This document shows, in pieces, positions 9,154 to 17,358 of a stretch of DNA of 64,000 nucleotides. The DNA comes from Actinomycetes bacterium. GTDB taxonomy: Bacteria; Actinomycetota; Actinomycetes; S36-B12; UBA5976. Each line of letters starts with the position of its first letter. Positions within the stretch are counted from its first letter, which is position 1. Both the position numbers and the translations under genes were made by a program. The stretch spans positions 111,206 through 175,205 of the forward strand of contig JAYQPE010000004.1 in assembly GCA_038145175.1 (NCBI GenBank). The letters run 5' to 3'. The notes beneath the pieces were generated by a model that ran no database searches, was not told the origin of the DNA, and worked only from the letters and a program-made list of their open reading frames with translations.

Positions 9154-9584
9154 TTCGATTAGGTTCTTTAGCAGGTTATGCATTTGAAGGTCCCAGAGTT
9201 TTAATGGGTTGGAGTCCACCAACGATTCCTGGTGTTTATGCAATTATGTCCAGATCAAATCCCAAAAATAAACCTCAACAATATTCTGTTATTTACGTAG
9301 GCCATGCAGAAGATCTTTCCCAAATTGGTTTTCCCTTAAAACATCCATATGCCCAGTCTTGGATCAAAAGATCTGGGGACAAATTTAATCTTTTTGTCTG
9401 CTATCTAGAAATTCTAGGTGGAACAGTTGCCCACCGCGAACAAATATCAAAAGAATTACAATCAATTTATAAACCAAGTTGCAACGATGAAGTTTACGAT
9501 AAAGCGTGGAAAGATGAATGGATCGGCGAATACAACTCAATAACGACAGATCCACTTACTACTAATCGTGATCCAAATCTTTAA
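9150..9584 (+). CDS. GIY-YIG-like domain protein
   Basis: PGVYAI ... IYVGHAEDL and a C-terminal ELQSIYKPSCN match the GIY...YIG and E..I..P..N pattern. Confidence 0.6.
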   Translation: MIRLGSLAGYAFEGPRVLMGWSPPTIPGVYAIMSRSNPKNKPQQYSVIYVGHAEDLSQIGFPLKHPYAQSWIKRSGDKFNLFVCYLEILGGTVAHREQISKELQSIYKPSCNDEVYDKAWKDEWIGEYNSITTDPLTTNRDPNL

Positions 9585-9941
9585 TTAATCAGCTTTTAGA
9601 CCAATTCCTTCGAATTGTCTCGAACGTCGAACTCCCATTGCTGGACGAGCAGGTTCTGGTTTACTGTGATCTGGTTTATATGTTGCGCCAACCACAATGC
9701 CTTCTGCCATTCCATAGAGCAAAGGTAATGCACCTGCCACAACTCCACCTGTTCTATTAATTCGTTTTAGAGCAGGTTCAATGACTTCTGCGTTTCCTTT
9801 AATCTTCCAAACTAAGTCGGCTGCTTCTTCTAAATTTGTAGCAACTTTTTTTAATTGGATTCCTACAATTAACAAATAAATTGCAAGTCCTGCGATTAAA
9901 GCAACTATGTCAATTATTGTTAAAATAATTAATGTTCTCAT
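9585..9941 (-). CDS. small single-pass membrane protein, cox-array member 5
   Basis: N-terminal TM plus amphipathic heptad helix and a C-terminal extension; ATGA overlap with member 4. Confidence 0.8.
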   Translation of the reverse strand: MRTLIILTIIDIVALIAGLAIYLLIVGIQLKKVATNLEEAADLVWKIKGNAEVIEPALKRINRTGGVVAGALPLLYGMAEGIVVGATYKPDHSKPEPARPAMGVRRSRQFEGIGLKAD

Positions 9942-10228
9942 GAGCGCACCTTATCCAATACTCTGCCTAAGAAAAGATGATGTTGAAGACCTTCTGCTAA
10001 AACTCCATCAACACCTTCAGATACATCTGTTAATAATTTTGCATTTGCAGTATTTGCTTCAGCAGTTGTCAAAGTTGCTTTGATTGCTTTAACCCGCTTA
10101 TCTATCCTGCGAACTAAAATAACCAAAATTGTCAGCAATGCTGCAACAGCTAGAACTACAACAAATCCTAAAACAATTGCTGCAGTCCAAAGTGTTACTA
10201 CTGTTTCTGAAAGAGTTCCTGAATCCAT
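9938..10228 (-). CDS. small single-pass membrane protein, cox-array member 4
   Basis: GGAGG SD; TM, then RRID...NTAN heptad helix. Confidence 0.8.
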   Translation of the reverse strand: MDSGTLSETVVTLWTAAIVLGFVVVLAVAALLTILVILVRRIDKRVKAIKATLTTAEANTANAKLLTDVSEGVDGVLAEGLQHHLFLGRVLDKVRS

Positions 10229-10230
10229 TT

Positions 10231-10488
10231 CTAACCTCCCAATCTGTTTCTGCCTCGTTTGAGCCCATCAATTATTGATGTTGCAAAGGCAATAGTTGTT
10301 TTTAAATCTTTTAAAGGTGCAGTGTTAGTTGCTGCATTTACTAAACCGTCGTTTATTTTCCCAGCTTGTCCGCCAATTCGATAAGCAAGTAAAAGAATCG
10401 GAACGACTAGCGCCACCACTACGAGCACCACTACCAAGCCAATAAAAAATCCTAAAGCCCAACCAGTATGTCCACCAAAAATACTCAT
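10231..10488 (-). CDS. small single-pass membrane protein, cox-array member 3
   Basis: AAGGAGA SD; TM, then YRIG...NTAPL heptad helix. Confidence 0.8.
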   Translation of the reverse strand: MSIFGGHTGWALGFFIGLVVVLVVVALVVPILLLAYRIGGQAGKINDGLVNAATNTAPLKDLKTTIAFATSIIDGLKRGRNRLGG

Positions 10489-10496
10489 ATGTCTCC

Positions 10497-10724
10497 TTAA
10501 ATTGTTTCTGCAAAATCTCGAACGGGTTTAAGACTTGAATTAACGGCAGGAACTGCTGCAGGAACTGGAGAAGTTTTAGCGGCAATAACTTGTACCCCGC
10601 CATCTAGTGCATCTAAAGTTTTTGCCACAGCTCGAAGATGACCTATGACTCGACTTAAACCTAAGGCAGCTGCGGCAATTATTAATGTCGCAAGTACCAA
10701 AGTCACAATTGCTACGGTTGGCAT
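10497..10724 (-). CDS. small single-pass membrane protein, cox-array member 2
   Basis: GGAGA SD; TM, then LRAV...KTSPV heptad helix. Confidence 0.8.
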   Translation of the reverse strand: MPTVAIVTLVLATLIIAAAALGLSRVIGHLRAVAKTLDALDGGVQVIAAKTSPVPAAVPAVNSSLKPVRDFAETI

Positions 10725-10733
10725 TTTGTTCTC

Positions 10734-10988
10734 CTATCCCAATAATTTGGCAACTGAGCCTGCGTATCTCACAGCTCCATTTGCTACATCTGAAATAACA
10801 GCACCTGTTTCATTTAGCAATTCAGGAGTGTTGTTAATTTCTCCAATTAAGGCAACTCCGCCTTCTAGTGCGTCATCTGCTGCTGATCGAATTCGCTCAA
10901 GTGAACCTAAAACTAGATTCAGTAAGGCAATTAGCACAGGAACAATCACAACCAACAAAACTAAATTTCCTATAGCCCATAAAGACAT
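10734..10988 (-). CDS. small single-pass membrane protein, cox-array member 1
   Basis: GGAGA SD immediately after the coxG stop; TM, then ERIR...NNTPEL heptad helix. Confidence 0.8.
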   Translation of the reverse strand: MSLWAIGNLVLLVVIVPVLIALLNLVLGSLERIRSAADDALEGGVALIGEINNTPELLNETGAVISDVANGAVRYAGSVAKLLG

Positions 10989-11000
10989 GTTTTATTTCTC

Positions 11001-11588
11001 CTATCTTCTTTGTAATGGTTTGTAGGGAAAAAAGAATCTGCCAAACACACGCACTGCTGCTCTTTTGAAAGCATTGAAACCAATTGCTAATCCGCTTGCT
11101 GCTTTTGGTCCAGCTACAGTATTTGGATCAAGTCCTAAAGAAATAGCACGTATTCGAGCTTGAGCGCTACTTGCTGTTTGATTAACTAAGACTGCGGTTA
11201 CGTCGTTAATTAAACCTCTACCATATTGAGCTGCCGCACCTGAAACTTGCAAATCCAGCGCAATAGTTGCTTTAGTGCCTCCACCTAATGAAGCTAAATT
11301 AATAGTTAATAGTGCATCAGCATTTCCGCGACCTTTTTTATCTGCACCTTTAGCATCTATAACTGTTACCTTTTTGGCTACATCGCGATTAACAATTTTG
11401 GCTACACCTGCAAATTCCAATTTCACTGGTCCTGCAGAAATGATAACGTCACCTTCATAGGATCCATCGGGCATTTGATTAGTTAAATTTGCACCTGGAA
11501 TACAAGGTGCTACTTGAGATAAATCACCAAAAAAATTCCATACTGAATCGATTGGTTGATCTAGTTCAATTACTTGCGAAATTATCAT
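11001..11588 (-). CDS. coxG: CoxG (SRPBCC/START-fold) CODH accessory protein
   Basis: VAPCIPGA, KGADKKGRGNA, VSGAAAQYGRGLINDV signature; downstream of coxL. Confidence 0.9.
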   Translation of the reverse strand: MIISQVIELDQPIDSVWNFFGDLSQVAPCIPGANLTNQMPDGSYEGDVIISAGPVKLEFAGVAKIVNRDVAKKVTVIDAKGADKKGRGNADALLTINLASLGGGTKATIALDLQVSGAAAQYGRGLINDVTAVLVNQTASSAQARIRAISLGLDPNTVAGPKAASGLAIGFNAFKRAAVRVFGRFFFPYKPLQRR

Positions 11589-11589
11589 C

Positions 11590-12543
11590 TTATCTCCTTT
11601 GCGCTAAGAATGAAGTTGGATTTTTTTCAAACGATGTCCTACAGCCAGGTGCGCAAAAATAAAAAGTATTTCCTTCATATTCAAATGGTCTATTTGATTT
11701 TTGCGCCAAAACGGTCATGCCACATACTGGATCAATTACTTCAGCTACTTCAGAAGTTTTGATTTGAGAATTCGTAACCTTTGCAAATTCTCCTAAAGCA
11801 CGTAATTTAACTAACTCTGCAAGAATTGACACAGCCATTTCTCTATGAGTGGTGTGACCCAAATCTAAGCCCACTGGAATTTTGACTTTTTCTATTTTTT
11901 CAGGCGCAATTTTTTTACTTGCCAGATAATCAAGGACAACTTGTCCACGCTTTTTAGAAGCTACCACACCTATAAATACTGGTGAATTATTTAGAGCAGT
12001 TTCTACTGCTTCTTCGTCACCATGACCTTGTGTTGCAACTACAACTATTGAAGATTCTGAAACCATGTTGCTCGTAAAATCTTCTACATCAACTAAAGTT
12101 ACATTCCAATCAAGATTTTGAATTAAAGTTGATAATGTTACTGCCATTGGTGAGCGTCCAACTATTAAAACTTGAGGCACTTTCAACATTGGTTCAATAT
12201 AAATTTGTAATGCCCCATCAGATTGACAAGAAATTGGTATAGCTAACACTCCATCTGGAATATGTAGTCCTGCAAATTCAGCTTCTTGACCCAACCAAAT
12301 AAGTTTTGCTTTACCTTCTGCTAAAACCTTTTTTGCTTCTTTAATTAAGACAGGTTCTGCGCAAGCACCACCAATCCAACCAAATATTTCACCTGATTCT
12401 GTAACAATTGCTTTTGAACCGCTTTGTCCTGAAGATGGTCCTTGTCGCCACACAACTGTTGCCATGACAAATGAGTGACCTTGATTTGTCAGTTCAACAG
12501 CACGTTGTATTACGCCAATTCCTTCAACAGCGTGATTATTCAT
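11590..12543 (-). CDS. XdhC/CoxF-family maturation protein with C-terminal YHS domain
   Basis: WIGGACAE, ISCQSDG, ATQGHGDE, PVGLDLG; C-terminal DPVCGMTV...FYFCAPGCRTSF (YHS/TRASH). Confidence 0.88.
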   Translation of the reverse strand: MNNHAVEGIGVIQRAVELTNQGHSFVMATVVWRQGPSSGQSGSKAIVTESGEIFGWIGGACAEPVLIKEAKKVLAEGKAKLIWLGQEAEFAGLHIPDGVLAIPISCQSDGALQIYIEPMLKVPQVLIVGRSPMAVTLSTLIQNLDWNVTLVDVEDFTSNMVSESSIVVVATQGHGDEEAVETALNNSPVFIGVVASKKRGQVVLDYLASKKIAPEKIEKVKIPVGLDLGHTTHREMAVSILAELVKLRALGEFAKVTNSQIKTSEVAEVIDPVCGMTVLAQKSNRPFEYEGNTFYFCAPGCRTSFEKNPTSFLAQRR

Positions 12544-14924
12544 TAATCACCAACTCGAACTGGAGGCATTCCTGATATATCACGGCCTTCATGAATAGCG
12601 GCATAAACACGATCTGGAAGTAATGGCATATCAATATTTCTTACCCCAAAACCTTTAACTGCATCCATCACTGCGTTAACAAATGCAGCTGGACCTCCAA
12701 CCGTGGCACATTCACCAATTCCTTTAGCCCCAATTGGGTGATGTGGACATGGTGTTACAACTTCATGTAATTCAAATCCTGGAGTTTCCCAAGCAGTTGG
12801 TAGTAAATAATCCATGTAATTTGAACCAACACAATTTCCTTCTTCATCAAAAGTAATAAATTGCATACTTGACATTGCATAAGCTTCAGTTAATCCACCC
12901 ATGATTTGTCCTTCAACAATCATTGGATTAATGCGCACTCCACAATCATCAACCGCAACTACTTTTAATACATCCCACACACCAGTTTCTGGATCAACTT
13001 CAACTGTGGCAATGTAACAAGCAAATGGCCAAGTTAGATTTGGTGGATCATAATAAGAAACATTTTCTAGTCCAGGTTCCATTCCATCTGGCATATTTGT
13101 GTAAGCAGCTACAGCACATTCTTGAATGGTTACACCTTTATCTTTAGCACCTCGGACAAAGAATCGACCTAGTTCCCATTCAATATCTTCCTCAGATACT
13201 TCTAATAAGTGTGCAGCTAATTTTCTTGCTTTTGCTCTAATTTTTCTTGCCACCATGGCAACAGCAGCACCGGCGACAGGTGTAGATCTTGACGCATAAG
13301 TTCCCATCCCAAATGGGGCTGTATCTGTGTCACCTTCTTCTACCACAATGTCATCGGCAGGAATGCCTAATTCATGTGCAACTATTTGAGCCCAAGTAGT
13401 TTCATGTCCTTGCCCTTGAGATTTAGCACCAGTACGAAGTAATGCTTTACCAGTAGCATGTACGCGAAGTTCAGCAGAGTCAAACATTTTTATTCCCAAA
13501 ATGTCATATTCTCTTGAATTTCCCGCGCCAAGTGGTTCTGTCATTGTGGATATACCAATTCCTAATAATTTTCCACGCTTGGCTGCTTCTGCTTTTTGTT
13601 TTAAGAAATCTTTATAGCCAATAGCTTCTAATCCAATATCTAAGCATTTTCCATATTGACCAGAATCCGTTAAAAATCCAAATGGGGTTCTATATGGAAA
13701 CATATCGTCTTTCACAAAATTGATACGACGAAATTCAGCTTGATCCATACCAATATCATCAGCTGCTGCTTGCATCATTCTTTCTTGGAAAAACATTGCT
13801 TCAGTGACGCGGAAAGAACATCTATAAGCAACCCCACCTGGTGCTTTATTTGTATAAACTCCTGTAGCTGTTAGATGAGCAACAGGAATGTCGTATGCAG
13901 CAAATGCTGAATGCATCAAACCTATTTTAAATTTACTTGGTTGAGCATCAGAAAAAAATGCACCTTGATCTGAAGTTGTGTGCATGCGAATACCTAAAAT
14001 TTTTCCATCTTTTCGCATTGCAACTTGACCTTTCAAATACACATCTCTTGCAAAATGTGTTGAAATCAAATTTCCTGATTTATCTTCAATCCACTTCACA
14101 GGTTTCTCAGTGAGAATTGAGGCAAGAATTGAAATTACATAACCTGGATAAACTGGCACCTTGTTGCCAAATCCTCCACCTAAATCTGGTGAAATAATTC
14201 GAATTTGATGCTCAGGAAGTTCTGCAACTAAAGCAACTGCTGCACGAATAATGTGTGGTGCTTGAGTTGTCATGTAAACAGTTAATTTGCTGGTTGCACG
14301 ATCAAAATCTGCAATTGAACCACAAGTTTCCATTGGTGATGGATGTGATCTTGGATAGTGAAGTTCTAAATTTGAAATTTTGTCTGCAGCAGCAAAAGCT
14401 TTATCTGTACCAGCTTTATCGCCAATTTCCCAATCGTAAACATGATTATTTACTTGACCACTTTTATCATCACGAATAACTGGTGCACTTGGCTCCATTG
14501 CTTGGAAAGGATTTACTAATGCAGGTAAAGTTTCATAATCAACTTTAATTTTCGCAACAGCATCTTTAGCAATATATGGATCATCTGCCACTACCGCAGC
14601 AACTTCTTGACCTTGAAAACGAACTTTATCCGTAGCTAAGACTGCTTGTGTGTCATAAGACAACGTTGGCATCCAAGCTAAATTTCTAGCAGCCATCATT
14701 TCACCGGTTAAAACTAAACGAACTCCTGGAACTTCCCAGGCTGCACTAACATCAATTGATTTAATACGCGCATGCGCTACAGGACTTCTTAATATTTCCA
14801 TGTGCAACATGCCAGGAAGAACTATGTCATCAACATAATTTCCTTTACCTCTAAGAAATCTGTTGTCTTCTACTCTTTTGCGGCTTGCACCCATTCCACC
14901 TATTTTTATTTCATCTATTGTCAT
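12543..14924 (-). CDS. coxL: aerobic carbon monoxide dehydrogenase large subunit, form I
   Basis: Form I active-site loop VAYRCSFR with the Cu-ligating Cys; QGQGHETT, GTYASRS, AKGIGE motifs; M-S-L gene order. Confidence 0.96.
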   Translation of the reverse strand: MTIDEIKIGGMGASRKRVEDNRFLRGKGNYVDDIVLPGMLHMEILRSPVAHARIKSIDVSAAWEVPGVRLVLTGEMMAARNLAWMPTLSYDTQAVLATDKVRFQGQEVAAVVADDPYIAKDAVAKIKVDYETLPALVNPFQAMEPSAPVIRDDKSGQVNNHVYDWEIGDKAGTDKAFAAADKISNLELHYPRSHPSPMETCGSIADFDRATSKLTVYMTTQAPHIIRAAVALVAELPEHQIRIISPDLGGGFGNKVPVYPGYVISILASILTEKPVKWIEDKSGNLISTHFARDVYLKGQVAMRKDGKILGIRMHTTSDQGAFFSDAQPSKFKIGLMHSAFAAYDIPVAHLTATGVYTNKAPGGVAYRCSFRVTEAMFFQERMMQAAADDIGMDQAEFRRINFVKDDMFPYRTPFGFLTDSGQYGKCLDIGLEAIGYKDFLKQKAEAAKRGKLLGIGISTMTEPLGAGNSREYDILGIKMFDSAELRVHATGKALLRTGAKSQGQGHETTWAQIVAHELGIPADDIVVEEGDTDTAPFGMGTYASRSTPVAGAAVAMVARKIRAKARKLAAHLLEVSEEDIEWELGRFFVRGAKDKGVTIQECAVAAYTNMPDGMEPGLENVSYYDPPNLTWPFACYIATVEVDPETGVWDVLKVVAVDDCGVRINPMIVEGQIMGGLTEAYAMSSMQFITFDEEGNCVGSNYMDYLLPTAWETPGFELHEVVTPCPHHPIGAKGIGECATVGGPAAFVNAVMDAVKGFGVRNIDMPLLPDRVYAAIHEGRDISGMPPVRVGD

Positions 14925-14933
14925 GTTTGCTCC

Positions 14934-15461
14934 TTAGTTTCCTGATGCTCGCATTTTTTCAGCAGCCCATAGAACTGATTTAACAATGTTTTGATAACCA
15001 GTACATCTGCATAAATTTCCTGATAATGCCCAACGAACTTCATCTTCTGTTGGATTTGGATTTTCTTCCAATAAAGCTTTTGCTGCCATCATCATTCCTG
15101 GTGTGCAAAAACCACAATGCAAACCGTGTTCTTGTTTAAATCCTTCTTGTATTGGATGCAACTCACTTGGAGTAGCCAAACCTTCAACTGTTTCAACTTT
15201 ATGACCATCTGCTTGCACCGCTAGCATTGTGCAACTTTTAATTGGTCGACCATCAAACAATACTGTGCATGCACCACAATTTGTTGTGTCACAACCTGTA
15301 TGGGTTCCAGTCATTTTGAAACCTTGACGCAACAAATGTGCTAGTAGTAAGCGTGGTTCAACATCTGCAGTTCTATCAACACCATTTACTTTTATTGTGA
15401 CGCGGCGAACTGGTACGTCACCTTCTGGTTTTGGTGCAACTTCATCGTAGAGACTTGTCAT
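14934..15461 (-). CDS. coxS: CODH small (2x[2Fe-2S]) subunit
   Basis: [11 protein letters not shown]...C and CGFCTPG...NLCRCTGY. Confidence 0.95.
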   Translation of the reverse strand: MTSLYDEVAPKPEGDVPVRRVTIKVNGVDRTADVEPRLLLAHLLRQGFKMTGTHTGCDTTNCGACTVLFDGRPIKSCTMLAVQADGHKVETVEGLATPSELHPIQEGFKQEHGLHCGFCTPGMMMAAKALLEENPNPTEDEVRWALSGNLCRCTGYQNIVKSVLWAAEKMRASGN

Positions 15462-15462
15462 T

Positions 15463-16335
15463 TTATGCTGCTACCTTTCTTTGATTTAAATTATTTAGAA
15501 TTCTTGTCACAAAAGTTGAAACAATTTGACGTTTATAACTTGCACTACCTCGATTGTCTGTGCGAGGTTCAGCAGAAGCTGCAGCTAATTGTGCAGCTTT
15601 TGCAATATTTGTTTCATTCAATGATTGACCTTCTAAAGATTTCGCTGCATCAGCGGCATTAATTGTTTTTCCACCTACACCGCCTAAAGCAATTCCTGCT
15701 CTATGAACTTTGCCATTGACCATATCTAGTGAAACCGCAACTGAAGCAGTTGCAAAATCACCAACTCTTCTTTCAAGCTTTAAATATCCACCTAAGTTTT
15801 CACCTTTGAATGCAGGTACAACTGCCTCGATCGCAATTTCGTTAAATTCCATTGCATTTGTAAATGGACCAGTAACGAAATCTGTCATTGGTATTTCTCT
15901 TTTACCTTTTGGTCCTTGAACTACTAAATATCCATTAGTGGCGATCATGGTTGCTGCCCAATCGCCTTGGGGGTCGGCATGACAAACAGAACCAACAAAA
16001 GTTCCGCGAGCACGAACGATTGGATCAGCAACCAAATGTGCAGCTGCTGCAATTGTTGGTTGTGCAGCTTTAATTATTTTCGATTTTTCTAAATCTTCAT
16101 GTCTGCATAAAGCACCAATTCTAAAAGAACCGTCTTCAGCGACCCGGTGATAATTCAATCCTGGAATATTATTTATATCTACTAACATTTCTGGAGCAGC
16201 AAATCTTAATTTAAGCATTGGTACTAAACTTTGTCCTCCGGCAATAATTTTTGCTTCACCTTTACCAGCAGTCAGTAATGAAATCGCTTCTTCAATAGAT
16301 TTTGGTGCTTCATATTTAAATCTACTTGGATACAT
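15463..16335 (-). CDS. coxM: CODH medium (FAD) subunit
   Basis: AGGQSLVPMLKLR, VRARGTFVGSVCHADP, KLERRVGDFA. Confidence 0.95.
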   Translation of the reverse strand: MYPSRFKYEAPKSIEEAISLLTAGKGEAKIIAGGQSLVPMLKLRFAAPEMLVDINNIPGLNYHRVAEDGSFRIGALCRHEDLEKSKIIKAAQPTIAAAAHLVADPIVRARGTFVGSVCHADPQGDWAATMIATNGYLVVQGPKGKREIPMTDFVTGPFTNAMEFNEIAIEAVVPAFKGENLGGYLKLERRVGDFATASVAVSLDMVNGKVHRAGIALGGVGGKTINAADAAKSLEGQSLNETNIAKAAQLAAASAEPRTDNRGSASYKRQIVSTFVTRILNNLNQRKVAA

Positions 16336-16381
16336 TTACAATTCCTTTCTTTTCCTTATTTCTTTTTGCAAAACTAAACTT

Positions 16382-16633
16382 TTACTTTTTTTTCTTCTTG
16401 CCACGTTCATCAGCAACTGCAGTTGGTTCATCTGCACTATCTGGATCTGGTCTTTTTTCTTGATGTGGTGGCCATGGTCCTTTAACAGGTTGTCCTGCAA
16501 CTTTTAGATATTCAGTAATTTGTGGCCACGCCCAAATAGTTGGACTATCACCTTTTTTTGGAGAGTTTTCAATTAGCTCAAAAAATCTTGGATTACCTTT
16601 TTCTTTACCGGTTGATTCAAAAGCCATTGTCAA
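16382..16633 (-). CDS. hypothetical protein heading the coxMSL operon
   Basis: AAGGAG SD, 83 aa, 46 bp upstream of coxM on the same strand; Trp/Pro-rich core. Confidence 0.7.
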   Translation of the reverse strand: MTMAFESTGKEKGNPRFFELIENSPKKGDSPTIWAWPQITEYLKVAGQPVKGPWPPHQEKRPDPDSADEPTAVADERGKKKKK

Positions 16634-16750
16634 CTCCTTTTGATTCTTAATTGAATTCCGTGTTAGGTCATCAATCTAGTTGAAACTTACTCAAACCATA
16701 CATCCGGTTACGCCTACCAGACAATAACTTTTTTCAACAATTTCTATTGA

Positions 16751-17341
16751 CTAAAGAGGGCGCCCTCTCAAGTCTGTTGCCAGGTCCACATCGTCTAGCC
16801 CAGCTTTTTGCTTAAAAACTTCTTCAGCCACATCTGACCTTGAACTCAAAAATGCCTTTGCCCCTGTATCACCTGAAACTGTGCTTATGACTTCATCCCA
16901 GTATTGGGAGGCTATCTTAACCGGGTGGCCTTGTATCCCTTCAAATTTTGCAACTACCAAATCAGCTGGATTGTCAAGTACTTTTTTAATAATTTCAACA
17001 GTGAGCCAAGGTAAATCTACAAGTGTGATCAAAACATGAGTTATTTGATTTTCATTTTTGGCCTCAAGTTTTTTATTTTGTTTTTGTAAAGCTTTAAGGC
17101 CACTTTTTATGGAAGTACTAACCCCTTCAGCCCAATCTGTATTTATAACTATTTCGCTATTATTTACCTCACCAATCCAGGCTCCCAACACCACAAAAAC
17201 AAAATCACAACCTGACTTATTTAATAAATTAACCGCATGATCTACCAGTCTTTCTCCATTAAATAAAACACTTGCTTTAGGTTGACCAATCCGAGTTCCT
17301 GCTCCAGCGGCAAGAACTAAACCGGCAGTTACGTTAGTCAT
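16751..17341 (-). CDS. mocA: molybdenum cofactor cytidylyltransferase (MocA-like nucleotidyltransferase)
   Basis: LAAGAGTRIGQPK, GVSTSIKSG, LVDLP, GHPV, GDTGAK; CODH uses MCD. Confidence 0.82.
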   Translation of the reverse strand: MTNVTAGLVLAAGAGTRIGQPKASVLFNGERLVDHAVNLLNKSGCDFVFVVLGAWIGEVNNSEIVINTDWAEGVSTSIKSGLKALQKQNKKLEAKNENQITHVLITLVDLPWLTVEIIKKVLDNPADLVVAKFEGIQGHPVKIASQYWDEVISTVSGDTGAKAFLSSRSDVAEEVFKQKAGLDDVDLATDLRGRPL

Positions 17342-17358
17342 TTGGATACAATCTCTTA

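Noticed and set aside
12543-14924. Possibility that the large subunit is form II CoxL or a xanthine dehydrogenase
   Set aside because: The active-site loop is AYRCSFR (form I), not AYRGAGR, and the order is M-S-L.
5914-16725. Shared 10-mer accagacaat upstream of fadD (~5915) and of the coxMSL operon (~16716)
   Set aside because: Only two copies of a non-palindromic 10-mer in AT-rich DNA; it may just be a TTGTCT -35-like box. Not enough evidence for a regulon.
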